From Oscillospiraceae bacterium (GTDB taxonomy: Bacteria; Bacillota; Clostridia; Oscillospirales; Oscillospiraceae), in the NCBI GenBank assembly GCA_045628925.1, contig JAZQQF010000197.1, forward strand, positions 758 through 64,757: DNA of 64,000 nucleotides. Reading direction: 5' to 3'. The notes under the pieces were generated by a model. That model was not told the origin of the DNA and did no database searches. It worked only from the letters and a program-made list of their open reading frames with translations. Below are positions 1 through 9,725 of the stretch, piece after piece. Made by a program: the position numbers and the translations under genes. Numbering within the stretch: the first letter of the stretch is position 1; every line of letters starts with the position of its first letter.

Positions 1-844
1 TGGCAGCCTGACCATTCCCATGTCCACCGGCAATACCGACCGGCAGCTGCAGCTCATGGCCGATCTGGGCACCACGCTGCTGTGCTGCACGCCCTCCTAT
101 GCCGCCTATCTGGCGGAGACCGCCATCTCCACCGGCATCCGCGACCGGCTGAAGCTGAAGGCCGGCATCTTCGGCGCGGAGGCGTGGACGGAGGAGATGC
201 GCCGGGATATCGAGGAAAAGCTGGGGCTGAAAGCCTATGATATCTACGGCCTCACCGAGCTGAGCGGCCCGGGCGTTGCCTTTGAATGCTCCGCCCAGCA
301 CGGGATGCACGTGTGCGAGGACCATTTCATCGCCGAGATCGTGGATCCCGTCACGCTGGAGCCGCTGCCTCCCGGCGAAAAGGGCGAGCTGGTGTTCACC
401 AGCCTGACCAAGGAGGCGTTCCCCGTTCTGCGCTACCGCACGAAGGATATCTGCGTGCTGGATGATACGCCCTGCGCCTGCGGCCGTACCCACATCCGGA
501 TGAGTAAGCCCATGGGCCGGAGCGACGATATGCTCATCATCCGCGGCGTGAACGTGTTCCCCAGCCAGATCGAATCCGTCCTGCTGGACTGCGGTATGAC
601 CGCCAATTACCAGATCATCGTGGACCGGGTGAACAATACAGACACCTTCGATATCCTCGCGGAGATCCCGACCACCTTCGTGTCCGATACCCTGTCGGAG
701 ATCACGAAGAAGGAGAAGGAAGTGACCGGCGCGCTGAAAAGCATGCTGGGCATTCAGGCGAAGGTGCATCTGGTGGCCCCCAAGAGCATCGAGCGCAGCG
801 AGGGCAAGGCCAAGCGCGTGATCGATAAGAGAAATTTGTACTGA
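1..844 (+). CDS. paaK: phenylacetate-CoA ligase (PaaK family), C-terminal part; 5' end lies outside the window
   Basis: The frame is open from the window edge (..GSLTIPMSTGNTDRQ). The translation carries adenylate-forming C-terminal motifs typical of PaaK (YGLTELSGPG, RYRTKD, GRSDDMLIIRGVNVFPSQIE). An ACT-domain gene follows directly, as in many PaaK loci. Confidence 0.85.
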   Translation, partial: GSLTIPMSTGNTDRQLQLMADLGTTLLCCTPSYAAYLAETAISTGIRDRLKLKAGIFGAEAWTEEMRRDIEEKLGLKAYDIYGLTELSGPGVAFECSAQHGMHVCEDHFIAEIVDPVTLEPLPPGEKGELVFTSLTKEAFPVLRYRTKDICVLDDTPCACGRTHIRMSKPMGRSDDMLIIRGVNVFPSQIESVLLDCGMTANYQIIVDRVNNTDTFDILAEIPTTFVSDTLSEITKKEKEVTGALKSMLGIQAKVHLVAPKSIERSEGKAKRVIDKRNLY

Positions 845-859
845 GAAGGAGGAAACGTC

Positions 860-1264
860 ATGCTCGTGCAACAGCTTTCCGTATTTCTGGAAACCCGCCC
901 CGGCCAGCTGGCCGCCTTTACAAAGATGCTGGCGGAAAACCGCATCGACCTGCACGCCCTCAGCATCGCGGAGACGCAGGACTACGGCGTTCCCCGCATC
1001 ATCGTGGATAAACCGCAGGAGACTGCCGAACTGCTGACCGCAGAGGGCTGGCCCTGCACCGTGACCGAGGTGCTGGCCGTCACCGTGCCGGATGAGCCGG
1101 GCAGCCTGACGCGGCTCCTGAGCATCCTCGCGGAAAACGACATCAGCCTTGCTTACTGCTATGCCTTCTTCGAGCGCAGCGGGAATGCCGCCCGCGTCGT
1201 TCTCCGCGTGGCGGACAATGAAAAGGCCGCCCGGCTGCTGAATGCGGCGGGCATCGAATGCTGA
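860..1264 (+). CDS. ACT domain-containing protein (two ACT-like halves)
   Basis: 134 aa. There are two repeats of the ACT-type pattern (LSVFLETRPGQLAAFTKMLAENRIDL and VPDEPGSLTRLLSILAENDISL). GGAGG lies 7 nt upstream of the ATG, and the gene sits 15 nt after paaK. Confidence 0.8.
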   Translation: MLVQQLSVFLETRPGQLAAFTKMLAENRIDLHALSIAETQDYGVPRIIVDKPQETAELLTAEGWPCTVTEVLAVTVPDEPGSLTRLLSILAENDISLAYCYAFFERSGNAARVVLRVADNEKAARLLNAAGIEC

Positions 1265-1277
1265 AATCGGAGACCCC

Positions 1278-1310
1278 GGCGGGCGCACAGCCGTGCGCCC
1301 GCCTTTATTT
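1278..1310 (+). terminator. intrinsic terminator after the paaK-ACT operon
   Basis: An 11-bp GC-rich stem (ggcgggcgcac / gtgcgcccgcc) with a 4-nt loop, followed by tttattt. Confidence 0.6.
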
Positions 1311-1321
1311 GGAAAGAGTCT

Positions 1322-1349
1322 TTGCAAGGCGCTTTATTTATGCTATAAT
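1322..1349 (+). promoter_or_regulatory. sigma-A type promoter candidate (TTGCAA-16-TATAAT with TGc extended -10)
   Basis: ttgcaa at 1322-1327 and tgc-tataat at 1341-1349, about 95 nt upstream of the ATG at 1445. Confidence 0.5.
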
Positions 1350-1444
1350 GCGAAAGCTGGAAGGAACACGGATGGACCGGCAGCGAACACCGCTGTTCTG
1401 ATTCGTCCATCCCATGCAATAGAAAGAACAGGAGGCACATAAAA

Positions 1445-2272
1445 ATGGGTCTGTTGAAAAATCTGGTCAAGAACGGGATTAGCGAAGGCATCAGCAAGGG
1501 GATCAGCAAGGGCATCGGCGATGCGCTGGGCAAGGCCGTGGAAAAGGCCGTGAACCCCGCCGCCGAGCGTCTGGCGGGCAAGGCTGCCTCGCAGCTGGAT
1601 GAAGCCTCCGCCGCGCTGGATGCGTCCGCGCAGGCGGCGGCGGAAGCCGACAGCGAGGTGCAGGCCGCGAAGAAGGCCGGCGGCTTTGCCGCGCTGGAAA
1701 CTGCGCTGAACGGCTGGGCGAAGAATGCGGAGGCCTACGCCACCGAACTGAGCAAGAATCTCAAGGTCTGCCCCAAGTGCGGCGAGGCTGCCCCGGCGGA
1801 TAAGACTTTCTGCCCCAGCTGCGGCGCGAAGCTGCCGGAGAAGACGATGGCGGAGCAGGCGGTCTGCCCCAGCTGCGGTGCGCAGAATACCCCCGGCGCG
1901 GAATTCTGCGGCTCCTGCGGCGCGAAGATGCCCGCCATGCAGGCGTCCGGCGGCGCGGATTGGGAAACGAAGCTGGCGGGCTTCCCCAAGTGGAACCAGC
2001 CCGGTGACATTGATATCGACGAGAACGGCAGCGACCCGCAGGGCCGGCCCTACTATGCCGTCACCATCCGCAACAGCTCTCTGGCCGCGCTGGAGGCGTA
2101 TCTCGCCCTGCTGAAGGCCAGCGGCTTCCAGCAGAAGTATAAAGGCTCCGATCAGGTGCTGCTGAAGCGGGCGGGCGCGGACGTCTGGCTCTGCGGCAGC
2201 GTGGACGCGATGTATGACGATACCACCGTCTGCCTCGGCTTCTCCCGCGACCCGGCGGAGGCCGACAACTGA
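1445..2272 (+). CDS. zinc-ribbon domain protein
   Basis: 275 aa. It has two tandem CxxC-x(10-14)-CxxC ribbons (CPKCGEAAPADKTFCPSCG and CPSCGAQNTPGAEFCGSCG) after an Ala-rich helical N-terminus. GGAGG lies upstream of the start. Confidence 0.7.
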   Translation: MGLLKNLVKNGISEGISKGISKGIGDALGKAVEKAVNPAAERLAGKAASQLDEASAALDASAQAAAEADSEVQAAKKAGGFAALETALNGWAKNAEAYATELSKNLKVCPKCGEAAPADKTFCPSCGAKLPEKTMAEQAVCPSCGAQNTPGAEFCGSCGAKMPAMQASGGADWETKLAGFPKWNQPGDIDIDENGSDPQGRPYYAVTIRNSSLAALEAYLALLKASGFQQKYKGSDQVLLKRAGADVWLCGSVDAMYDDTTVCLGFSRDPAEADN

Positions 2273-2288
2273 GAAAAGAAGGAACGAT

Positions 2289-3839
2289 ATGAAAAAGATC
2301 ATTGCGCTCCTGCTGGCAGCCTGCCTGCTGCTGGCGCCCACCGCCTGCGGCGGCAATACGAACAGCGACCCCGCGCCCACCCAGCAGCCTGCCGCCACCC
2401 AGCAGCCCGCCGGGAACGGCAGCGACACGCAGCCCGCCGATACCGGCTCGGAATCAAGCGTGCATCTGGATACCGACGTCACGGACATACCGGACACGGG
2501 CAGCACCGCGCCGGAGGGCGCGGTCACGGACGAAACGAAGCTGGGCGAGGCCATCTCGTATTTCGTTGACGGCGATTATCTGTATCTGAAGATCAAGACC
2601 TCTTACGAGCTTGACGTCAGAAACGTGTGTTTTGATATCGTCAATCCCGGTATCTATCTGACAAGAGATTCCGAGTTCATCACGCAGGCCATTTTCAGCG
2701 ACTTCCGCTGCTTTGCCGAGGAGTATGATAAGGAATGGTTCGACGGGGTCTACGTGTTCAAGCTGGATAACGGCATCCTTACCGATCTTGCCTCGGATGA
2801 ATCGGAATGGGCGCCCGGGACGTGGACGATGATGCTGTATGAGGATGATACCGGTCTTGTGATCGGCGAGTGGTTCATCGTCCTCGAGGGCGGCGGCAAG
2901 TATCACTTTGAATACAAGGACGCGTGGCTCCGCGGCGCGGGCGAGGATAAGAAGGTCAAGGAGTACGACAGCCTTGAAAAGGAACTGGAAGCCAGCTTCC
3001 GCTTCCTCCCGGAGGAAAGCTACGACGAATGGGCTGCGTTCGATTTTGACGGATTTTATCTGGAAGAGATCGACCCGCAGGGATATGACAGTTATTATCT
3101 GATGGTCTGCCCGGAGGGCGACTATGCGACCTATGGCGAGGCGATGGATGCGCACGTCGGTGATTATGGCGGCTTCGGACAAAGATGCCCTTACGTTTTC
3201 TCAATTTATCAATATTCTATTGAACCCGGAAAATACACGATGGTGCTTGCGAGAGACGGAAGCAACGACCTGGGCGTCGGCGGCAACGTGGAGGTGCAGT
3301 TCGGCGCGGAAAAGAAGAGCGCCACCGAGTGGAAGCTGGACTTCAAGGACGCCAAGTGCCCCAGACTGAACGAGAAATACGGCCTTGCCCCTGCGGAAAC
3401 GGCCTCCGCGCCTGACGCGGCTCCCGCCGATCCGCAGACAGAGCTGCCCGCGGAAGGCTCCGTCCTCGCCCTCTGCGGCCTGACGGCGGCGGATATCCGC
3501 ACGGCCGACGGCGCGTTCGCCGGGGAACCTACCGAGAACAGCGAAGGCTATGCGGCCTGCATCGACTGCGGCGACACTTCCTTTGAGGCGTTTGAAAGCT
3601 GGCTGAACGCGCTGGCGGACAGCTGCCGCGCTGCCGCGAAGGACGGCATCATCTATGAGCCGAACTTCTTCGAGCCGGACAGCGTGGAGCCGCTGGAAGC
3701 CTTTGAGCTGGATCCCGCCGCCATCAACGTCGTGCAGTTCGCCTACAAGACGAACGGGCATGAAATTTACGTTACCGCCGCGAATACCGGCTCGGAGGAG
3801 TACCAGAACACGTTCTCCTGCTACCTCGCCGTGTACTGA
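2289..3839 (+). CDS. putative lipoprotein of unknown function
   Basis: An in-frame ATG at 2289 gives MKKIIALLLAACLLLAPTAC-GG (signal peptide plus a lipobox-like Cys), followed by a low-complexity Pro/Thr/Gln linker. The upstream extension of the ORF (from 2214) overlaps the previous gene and looks non-coding. Confidence 0.7.
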   Translation: MKKIIALLLAACLLLAPTACGGNTNSDPAPTQQPAATQQPAGNGSDTQPADTGSESSVHLDTDVTDIPDTGSTAPEGAVTDETKLGEAISYFVDGDYLYLKIKTSYELDVRNVCFDIVNPGIYLTRDSEFITQAIFSDFRCFAEEYDKEWFDGVYVFKLDNGILTDLASDESEWAPGTWTMMLYEDDTGLVIGEWFIVLEGGGKYHFEYKDAWLRGAGEDKKVKEYDSLEKELEASFRFLPEESYDEWAAFDFDGFYLEEIDPQGYDSYYLMVCPEGDYATYGEAMDAHVGDYGGFGQRCPYVFSIYQYSIEPGKYTMVLARDGSNDLGVGGNVEVQFGAEKKSATEWKLDFKDAKCPRLNEKYGLAPAETASAPDAAPADPQTELPAEGSVLALCGLTAADIRTADGAFAGEPTENSEGYAACIDCGDTSFEAFESWLNALADSCRAAAKDGIIYEPNFFEPDSVEPLEAFELDPAAINVVQFAYKTNGHEIYVTAANTGSEEYQNTFSCYLAVY

Positions 3840-3868
3840 GTCAGGCAATTCCCACCCATAACGAAAGC

Positions 3869-3900
3869 ATCCCCCGGCAGCAGGCCTGCCGGGGGATTTT
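3869..3900 (+). terminator. intrinsic terminator
   Basis: atcccccggcag / ctgccgggggat 12-bp stem with a 5-nt loop, followed by tttt. Confidence 0.6.
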
Positions 3901-3978
3901 CGCTGCCGGGGGAAAACCGCGTCTTTGAAACGAATGCCCCGGAGGGACAGGCATCCTTCCGGGGCTGCGTTCATATGC

Positions 3979-4938
3979 TTATTTCGGGCTTTCCGCATCC
4001 AGCAGGGCTTCGGAGATGAAATAGCGGGGGCGGCGCTTCGTTTCCAGATAGGTCTTGCCCACGTATTCGCCCACCACGCCCAGCATGAGGAGCTGCAGCC
4101 CGCCCAGCATCCAGATGGAGAAGAGCAGACTCGTCCACCCGGAAACGGTGGCCCCGCAGAGATGGCGGATGAGGGCATAGAGCAGGATGACGATGCCCAC
4201 GCAGAAGGCCGCCGCGCCGAGGATGAGACTCAGGTGCAGGGGCTTCACGCTGAAGGAGGTGATCCCGTCCTCCGCCAGGGCCAGCATCTTCCGCAGGGGA
4301 TACTTGCTCTCCCCGGCAAAGCGCTCGTGCCGCTCGTATTCCACCGTGTCGGTCTTAAAGCCCAGCTGCGGCGCGATGCCCCGGAGGAACAGGTTCCGCT
4401 CCGGGTATTCCGCCAGCGCCTCCAGCGCCCGGCGGCTCATGAGCCGGTAGTCCGCATGGTCGTAGACGATCTCCACGCCCAGCAGCTCCATGATCTTATA
4501 GAACCAGTGGGCGGTATTGCGCTTGAAGCCGGTGTCGGTCTCGCGGGAGGAACGCACGCCGTAGACGATATCGCAGCCCGCCTCGAATTTCTCACAGAAG
4601 CGGTAGATGGCGTCCACGTCGTCCTGCAGGTCGGCATCCAGACTGATGGCGGCGTCGGCATAGTCCTTCGCGGTCATGAGCCCGGCCAGCACCGCGTTCT
4701 GATGGCCCCGGTTCCGGCTGAGGCAGAGGCCGAGGCAGCGGCGGTCCACGCTGTGGAGCTGCTGTATGAGCGGCCACGTTTTATCCTTCGAGCCGTCGTT
4801 CACGAACAGGACGCGGCTTGACTCCGAGATGCGGCCCTGTTCCGCAAGGGTATCCAGCACGGCTGTGAGGCGCTTCGCCGTTTCCGGCAGCACGGCCTCC
4901 TCGTTATAACAGGGAACCACCAGCCATAAAGTAAACAC
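3979..4938 (-). CDS. GT2 family polyprenyl-phosphate glycosyltransferase (GtrB/ArnC-like)
   Basis: N-terminal VVPCYNEE, then NDGSKD, RNRGHQNA and the LDADLQDD (DxD) motif. Two C-terminal TM helices are typical of bactoprenol glycosyltransferases. Confidence 0.85.
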   Translation of the reverse strand: MFTLWLVVPCYNEEAVLPETAKRLTAVLDTLAEQGRISESSRVLFVNDGSKDKTWPLIQQLHSVDRRCLGLCLSRNRGHQNAVLAGLMTAKDYADAAISLDADLQDDVDAIYRFCEKFEAGCDIVYGVRSSRETDTGFKRNTAHWFYKIMELLGVEIVYDHADYRLMSRRALEALAEYPERNLFLRGIAPQLGFKTDTVEYERHERFAGESKYPLRKMLALAEDGITSFSVKPLHLSLILGAAAFCVGIVILLYALIRHLCGATVSGWTSLLFSIWMLGGLQLLMLGVVGEYVGKTYLETKRRPRYFISEALLDAESPK

Positions 4939-4969
4939 AGGCAGCCTCCTTTCCGGCAGCGGGGGGATT

Positions 4970-6775
4970 TTATTCGTCCAGTTTCAAAACCGCCATGAAC
5001 GCCTCCTGCGGGACGGAGACCGTGCCGAGGGAGCGCATCTTCTTCTTGCCTTCCTTCTGCTTTTCCAGCAGCTTCTTTTTGCGGGTGATGTCGCCGCCGT
5101 AGCACTTGGCGAGAACGTCCTTCCTGAGGGCCTTGATGGTCTCCCGGGCGATGATCTTCCCGCCGATGGCGGCCTGCACGGGGATCTCAAACATCTGGCG
5201 GGGGATATTGTCCTTGAGCTTTTCGCAGATGCGCCGCGCCCGGGGATAGGCCTTCTCCTTGTGGACGATGAAGCTCAGCGCGTCCACAATGTCGCCGTTC
5301 AGCAGGATATCTAGCTTCACCAGTTCGCTCTGCCGGTAGGAATCCAGATCGTAGTCTAGCGAGGCATAGCCCTTGGTGCGGGATTTCAGCGCATCGAAGA
5401 AGTCGTAGATAATTTCGTTCAGGGGCAGGAGATAGTGCAGCTCCACCCGGTCCTTGCCCTGATAGACCATGTCGGTATATTCGCCGCGCCGGTCCTGACA
5501 CAGGTCCATGATGTTGCCCACGTATTCCTGCGGGGTCATGATGCTGGCGGCCACGTAAGGCTCCTCCGCGTATTCAATGACGCTGGGATCCGGGTAGTTC
5601 AGCGGGTTGTCGATGGTCTCCAGCGTGCCGTCCGTCTTCATGACCTTGATGATGACGCTGGGGGCGGTGGTGATCAGCTCCAGATTGAACTCCCGTTCCA
5701 GCCGCTCGGTGATGACCTCCATGTGCAGCAGGCCGAGGAAGCCCGTGCGGAAGCCGAAGCCCAGCGCGGCGGAGCTTTCCGGCTCGAAGGAGAGCGCCGC
5801 GTCGTTCAGTTTCAGCTTTTCCAGCGCATCCCGCAGGTCGGGATAACGCGCTCCGTCGGCGGGGTAGATGCCGCTGTAGACCATGGGCTGGGCGGGCCGG
5901 TAGCCGGGAAGGGCTTCGGCGGTGGGGTTCTCCACGCCGGTGATGGTATCGCCCGGCTGGGTATCCGCCACATTTTTGATGCTGGCGGTGAAATAGCCAA
6001 CGTCGCCTGCGGCCAGCTCATCGCAGGGGTCCAGCGCCAGCGCGCCCATGTGGCCCACTTCCACGACCCGGTATTCCGCACCGGAGGCCATGAGCCGCAC
6101 GTCCATGCCCGCACGGATGCGCCCTTCCATGATGCGCATATAGACGATGACGCCCACGAAGGGGTCATACTGACTGTCAAACACCAGCGCCTTCAGCGGC
6201 GCGTCGGGGTCGCCCTTCGGGGCGGGGACACCATTCACGATCTCATCGAACACCTTGTCGATGTTGATGCCCATGCGGGCGGAGATCTCCGGCGCGTCCA
6301 TGGCGGGGATGCCGATCACGTCCTCGATATCGGCCTTTACACGCTGGGGGTCCGCGCCGGGCAGGTCGATCTTGTTGATGACGGGGAGGATCTCCAGCTC
6401 GTTGTCCAGCGCCAGATAGGCATTGCCCAGCGTCTGCGCTTCGATGCCCTGCCGGGCGTCCACCACCAGCAGCGCGCCCTCGCAGGCGGCAAGGCTGCGG
6501 CTCACTTCATAGTTGAAGTCCACGTGGCCCGGGGTGTCGATCAGGTTCAGACGGTAGGTTTCCCCGTCCGGCGCGGGGTATTCGAGGCTGACGGCACGAG
6601 CTTTGATGGTGATGCCGCGCTCCTTTTCCAGCTCCATATTGTCCAGTATCTGCGCCTCCATGTCCCGGGGGCTCACGGCATGGCAGGTCTCCAGCAGCCG
6701 GTCCGCCAGCGTGCTCTTGCCGTGGTCGATGTGGGCGATGATGGAGAAATTGCGGATCTTCGACTGGTCGATCAT
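4970..6775 (-). CDS. lepA: translation elongation factor 4 (LepA)
   Basis: 601 aa. GTPase motifs are [18 protein letters not shown] and NKIDL, and the LepA-specific C-terminal region (..[21 protein letters not shown]) is present. Confidence 0.97.
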   Translation of the reverse strand: MIDQSKIRNFSIIAHIDHGKSTLADRLLETCHAVSPRDMEAQILDNMELEKERGITIKARAVSLEYPAPDGETYRLNLIDTPGHVDFNYEVSRSLAACEGALLVVDARQGIEAQTLGNAYLALDNELEILPVINKIDLPGADPQRVKADIEDVIGIPAMDAPEISARMGINIDKVFDEIVNGVPAPKGDPDAPLKALVFDSQYDPFVGVIVYMRIMEGRIRAGMDVRLMASGAEYRVVEVGHMGALALDPCDELAAGDVGYFTASIKNVADTQPGDTITGVENPTAEALPGYRPAQPMVYSGIYPADGARYPDLRDALEKLKLNDAALSFEPESSAALGFGFRTGFLGLLHMEVITERLEREFNLELITTAPSVIIKVMKTDGTLETIDNPLNYPDPSVIEYAEEPYVAASIMTPQEYVGNIMDLCQDRRGEYTDMVYQGKDRVELHYLLPLNEIIYDFFDALKSRTKGYASLDYDLDSYRQSELVKLDILLNGDIVDALSFIVHKEKAYPRARRICEKLKDNIPRQMFEIPVQAAIGGKIIARETIKALRKDVLAKCYGGDITRKKKLLEKQKEGKKKMRSLGTVSVPQEAFMAVLKLDE

Positions 6776-6816
6776 AAGGGGACCATTCCTTTCTTCTTAT
6801 CGAAACGTATGGGGGT

Positions 6817-7377
6817 TCAGCGCTGCTCGGCCAGCAGCTCGGTAAGCTGCCGTTCGGCCTCACGGCGCAGATCATCGGGGATGGAGAAGCGCAGCTTTTC
6901 CTCCGCCCCGTCCAGCCGGAGGCGGAGGTGCAGGAGGCTGGATTCGGCTTCGCAGGCAAGCACCGCCTGCTCAAGGGTCAGCTCGCTTTCCGAAGGGTCA
7001 TACGGGCGCATCAGCCGGTAGCACAGAAGGGTCACCAGCCCGCTCATATCCTCCGCGCACTGGGGGCAGGTGCGGAGGCCGGAAAGGATGGCGTGCAGCG
7101 CCTCGGCGCCCGTGTCCGCCAGACTGCGCAGGTTCGCCGGAAGGTCCTCCGAGCCGGAAAAGCTGGTGCGCACCGTGCTGCGGCCCAGAAGATAGTCCGC
7201 CGAAACGCCGTAATACCGGCAGGCGGCATCCACAAAGGATAGGCCCGGCTCCCGCAGACCGTTTTCATAATGGCTCAGCAGCGCCTGCGAGATGTGCAGC
7301 GCGGCCGCCGCCGTCCGCTGGTTCAGCCGCCGTTCCTTCCGCAGACGGGAAAGAATTTCCGGGAAGCTCTCTGCCAT
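6817..7377 (-). CDS. XRE-family helix-turn-helix transcriptional regulator
   Basis: N-terminal HTH_3-type pattern (LSRLRKERRLNQRTAAAALHISQALLSHYENGLREP) followed by a ~110-aa unknown C-terminal domain. Confidence 0.8.
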   Translation of the reverse strand: MAESFPEILSRLRKERRLNQRTAAAALHISQALLSHYENGLREPGLSFVDAACRYYGVSADYLLGRSTVRTSFSGSEDLPANLRSLADTGAEALHAILSGLRTCPQCAEDMSGLVTLLCYRLMRPYDPSESELTLEQAVLACEAESSLLHLRLRLDGAEEKLRFSIPDDLRREAERQLTELLAEQR

Positions 7378-7503
7378 GGGTCACACGTCCCTTCCGATTG
7401 ATTACTGACAGTAGTATACCGAAAAGCGATGGATTTGTAAACAAGGTTTTTGCGTCGGACGCCCGGCTGCGGCCATAAATCCGGGGCCGGACCGGGAAAA
7501 TGC

Positions 7504-7532
7504 TTGTAGTTTTCGGAACCCTGTGATATAGT
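7504..7532 (+). promoter_or_regulatory. promoter candidate (TTGTAG-17-TATAGT with TGa extended -10)
   Basis: ttgtag at 7504-7509 and tga-tatagt at 7524-7532, ~60 nt upstream of the Asp23 gene. Confidence 0.4.
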
Positions 7533-7593
7533 ATACTTCCCCAAGTTTGCAACGGCGCAAGCCGAATACCTTTCGGACGAAAGGAGATTCCAA

Positions 7594-7950
7594 ATGGTCA
7601 GGATCAATACGGCTGCGGGTTCCATCCGCATTTCCAACGAGGTCTTTACCACGCTGGCCGGCGCGGCGGCGATGAGCTGCTTCGGCGTGCGGGGCATGGC
7701 GAAAAAGTCCGCCAGCGACGGGCTGGTGCACCTGCTGAAGCGGGAAGCCATGGGAAAGGGCGTGCGCGTCACCTTTCTGGAAGGGGAGGACGCGATCGCC
7801 ATCGAGCTGCATATCATTGTGAATAACGGGGTCAATATCCCCGTCCTCTGCGACGCCATCAGCTCCGCCGTTCGCTATAAGGTGACCGAGGCCACCGGCG
7901 TTCAGGTCAGGAGCGTGAACGTCTTTGTGGATTCCGTCATGCCGGAATGA
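7594..7950 (+). CDS. Asp23/Gls24 family envelope stress protein (YloU-like)
   Basis: 118 aa. Family-typical pattern I.IS..V...A..AA....GV..M. AGGAG RBS. Its stop overlaps the next ORF (ATGA). Confidence 0.9.
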   Translation: MVRINTAAGSIRISNEVFTTLAGAAAMSCFGVRGMAKKSASDGLVHLLKREAMGKGVRVTFLEGEDAIAIELHIIVNNGVNIPVLCDAISSAVRYKVTEATGVQVRSVNVFVDSVMPE

Positions 7951-7967
7951 GAGCGGAGGACAGAGAG

Positions 7968-9626
7968 ATGACTGAGATCGTAAACGGACAGCTTTTCCGC
8001 GACATGGTTCTGTATGCCGCTGCGGCGGTGGATGCGCGGAAGCAGGAGATCAACGAACTGAATGTGTTCCCGGTGCCGGACGGCGACACCGGCACCAATA
8101 TGAGCATGACCGTTAGCGCCGCGGCGCGGGAGCTGGAAGGGAAGCCCGTGAAGGGCGTGGACGACGCCAGCGCGCGGACGGCCTCCGCCATGCTGCGCGG
8201 CGCGAGAGGGAACAGCGGCGTCATCACCAGCCTGCTGTTCCGGGGCATTTCCCGTTTCCTCAAGGAGAAGAAGGAGGCCACGGCGGCGGAGTTCGCCGGG
8301 GCCATGAACGAGGGCGTGGCGGCGGCCTACAAGGCCGTCATGAAGCCTACGGAGGGGACGATCCTCACCGTATCCCGCCTTGCCTCCGCTGCGGCCGTGG
8401 AAGCGGCGCAGAAGGAAAAGGATCTTGTGAAGGTGCTGGAGGCCGCCGAAAAGGCCGGCGACGCGGCGCTGAAAAGCACGCAGGAGCTGAACCCCGTGCT
8501 GAAAAAGGCCGGCGTGGTGGACGCGGGCGGCGTGGGCTACATGGTCATCCTCCGGGCCTTCATCGCCGTGGTGAAGGGCGAAGCGGCCGAGATCGCCGCG
8601 CCCGCAGGGGCAAAAGAAGCCCCCGGCAGCGTTTTTGAGAAATTCGACACGGAGGCGGATATCCGCTATCCCTACTGCACGGAGTTCATCGTCTCCAGGG
8701 ACAACGACAAGCCCGTGGAACTGCTGAAAAGCTACCTCGCCAGCATCGGCGACAGTGCGGTGGTGCTGGAGGACGAGGAGCTCATCAAGGTCCACGTGCA
8801 TTCTGCCTGTCCCGGCGCGGTGCTGACCGAGGCCCTGACCTACGGGATGCTGCAGACCGTGAAGGTGGAAAATATGCGCCTGCAGCACACGGAGAAGCTG
8901 GCCGAGGTGCAGGGCGAGCCTGCGAAGACTGCCGAAATCCCCGCCGAAGCGGAAGAAACGAAGGTCACAAAGCCGCTGGGCGTGGTAGCCGTCTGCGCCG
9001 GCGCGGGGCTGGAAGCGCTGTTCCGGGAGCTGGGCGCGGACGAGGTGGTCTCCGGCGGGCAGACCATGAACCCCTCCACGGAGGATATCCTCCGTGCGGT
9101 GGAAAAGACCGGGGGCGAGACCGTGCTGGTGCTGCCCAACAATAAGAATATCATCATGGCCGCGCAGCAGTGCGTGGGCCTGACAGGGCAGAACGTGGTG
9201 GTCATCCCCACGGCGACGGTGCCGCAGGGCATCACCGCGATGCTGAATCTGGATCCGGAGGCCGACGGGGAGACCAATGCGTCGGCGATGGGCGAAGCCA
9301 TCGGGAACGTGAAGAGCTTTTCCGTCACCTATGCGGCGCGGGATTCCTCCTTCGACGGGCGCGAGATCCGGGCCGGGGAATACCTCGCCCTGCAGGACGG
9401 GAAGATGATCTGCAACACTTCCTCCGCCGAAACGCTCTGTGACGAGCTGTCGAAGGCGCTCAAGGCCGTGAACGCGGAGACCGTCAGCATCTTCTACGGG
9501 GAAGAAGTGCAGGAAGCGGACGCGCTGGCCTTCACGGATGCGCTGCAGGGGCAGCTGCCGAATGCGGAGGTCTCCGCCGTCAGCGGCGGCCAGCCGGTCT
9601 ACTATTACCTGATCAGCGCGGAATAA
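7968..9626 (+). CDS. DAK2 domain fusion protein (YloV/FakA-like fatty acid kinase subunit)
   Basis: Dak2 signature LNVFPVPDGDTGTNM and ~550 aa length. It sits in the canonical position after the Asp23 gene. The ATG at 7968 has GGAGG 8 nt upstream; an alternative ATG is at 7947. Confidence 0.9.
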   Translation: MTEIVNGQLFRDMVLYAAAAVDARKQEINELNVFPVPDGDTGTNMSMTVSAAARELEGKPVKGVDDASARTASAMLRGARGNSGVITSLLFRGISRFLKEKKEATAAEFAGAMNEGVAAAYKAVMKPTEGTILTVSRLASAAAVEAAQKEKDLVKVLEAAEKAGDAALKSTQELNPVLKKAGVVDAGGVGYMVILRAFIAVVKGEAAEIAAPAGAKEAPGSVFEKFDTEADIRYPYCTEFIVSRDNDKPVELLKSYLASIGDSAVVLEDEELIKVHVHSACPGAVLTEALTYGMLQTVKVENMRLQHTEKLAEVQGEPAKTAEIPAEAEETKVTKPLGVVAVCAGAGLEALFRELGADEVVSGGQTMNPSTEDILRAVEKTGGETVLVLPNNKNIIMAAQQCVGLTGQNVVVIPTATVPQGITAMLNLDPEADGETNASAMGEAIGNVKSFSVTYAARDSSFDGREIRAGEYLALQDGKMICNTSSAETLCDELSKALKAVNAETVSIFYGEEVQEADALAFTDALQGQLPNAEVSAVSGGQPVYYYLISAE

Positions 9627-9725
9627 GTCCAATGACCGGGAAGGACGCCCGGAGAACGAACCAGGATCCATATACGGGGCCGTGCCGATTCGGCGCGGCT
9701 CCTTTTTCGGAAGGGAGAGAGGTCT

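Noticed and set aside
5435-7021. 528-aa + strand ORF. Similar long antisense ORFs lie at 15302-16960, 17711-19321, 28642-30171 and 31539-33113.
   Set aside because: Each is antisense to a confidently identified gene (lepA, obg, ytvI/mntP, GH51 and C69 dipeptidase respectively) and has shadow-ORF composition.
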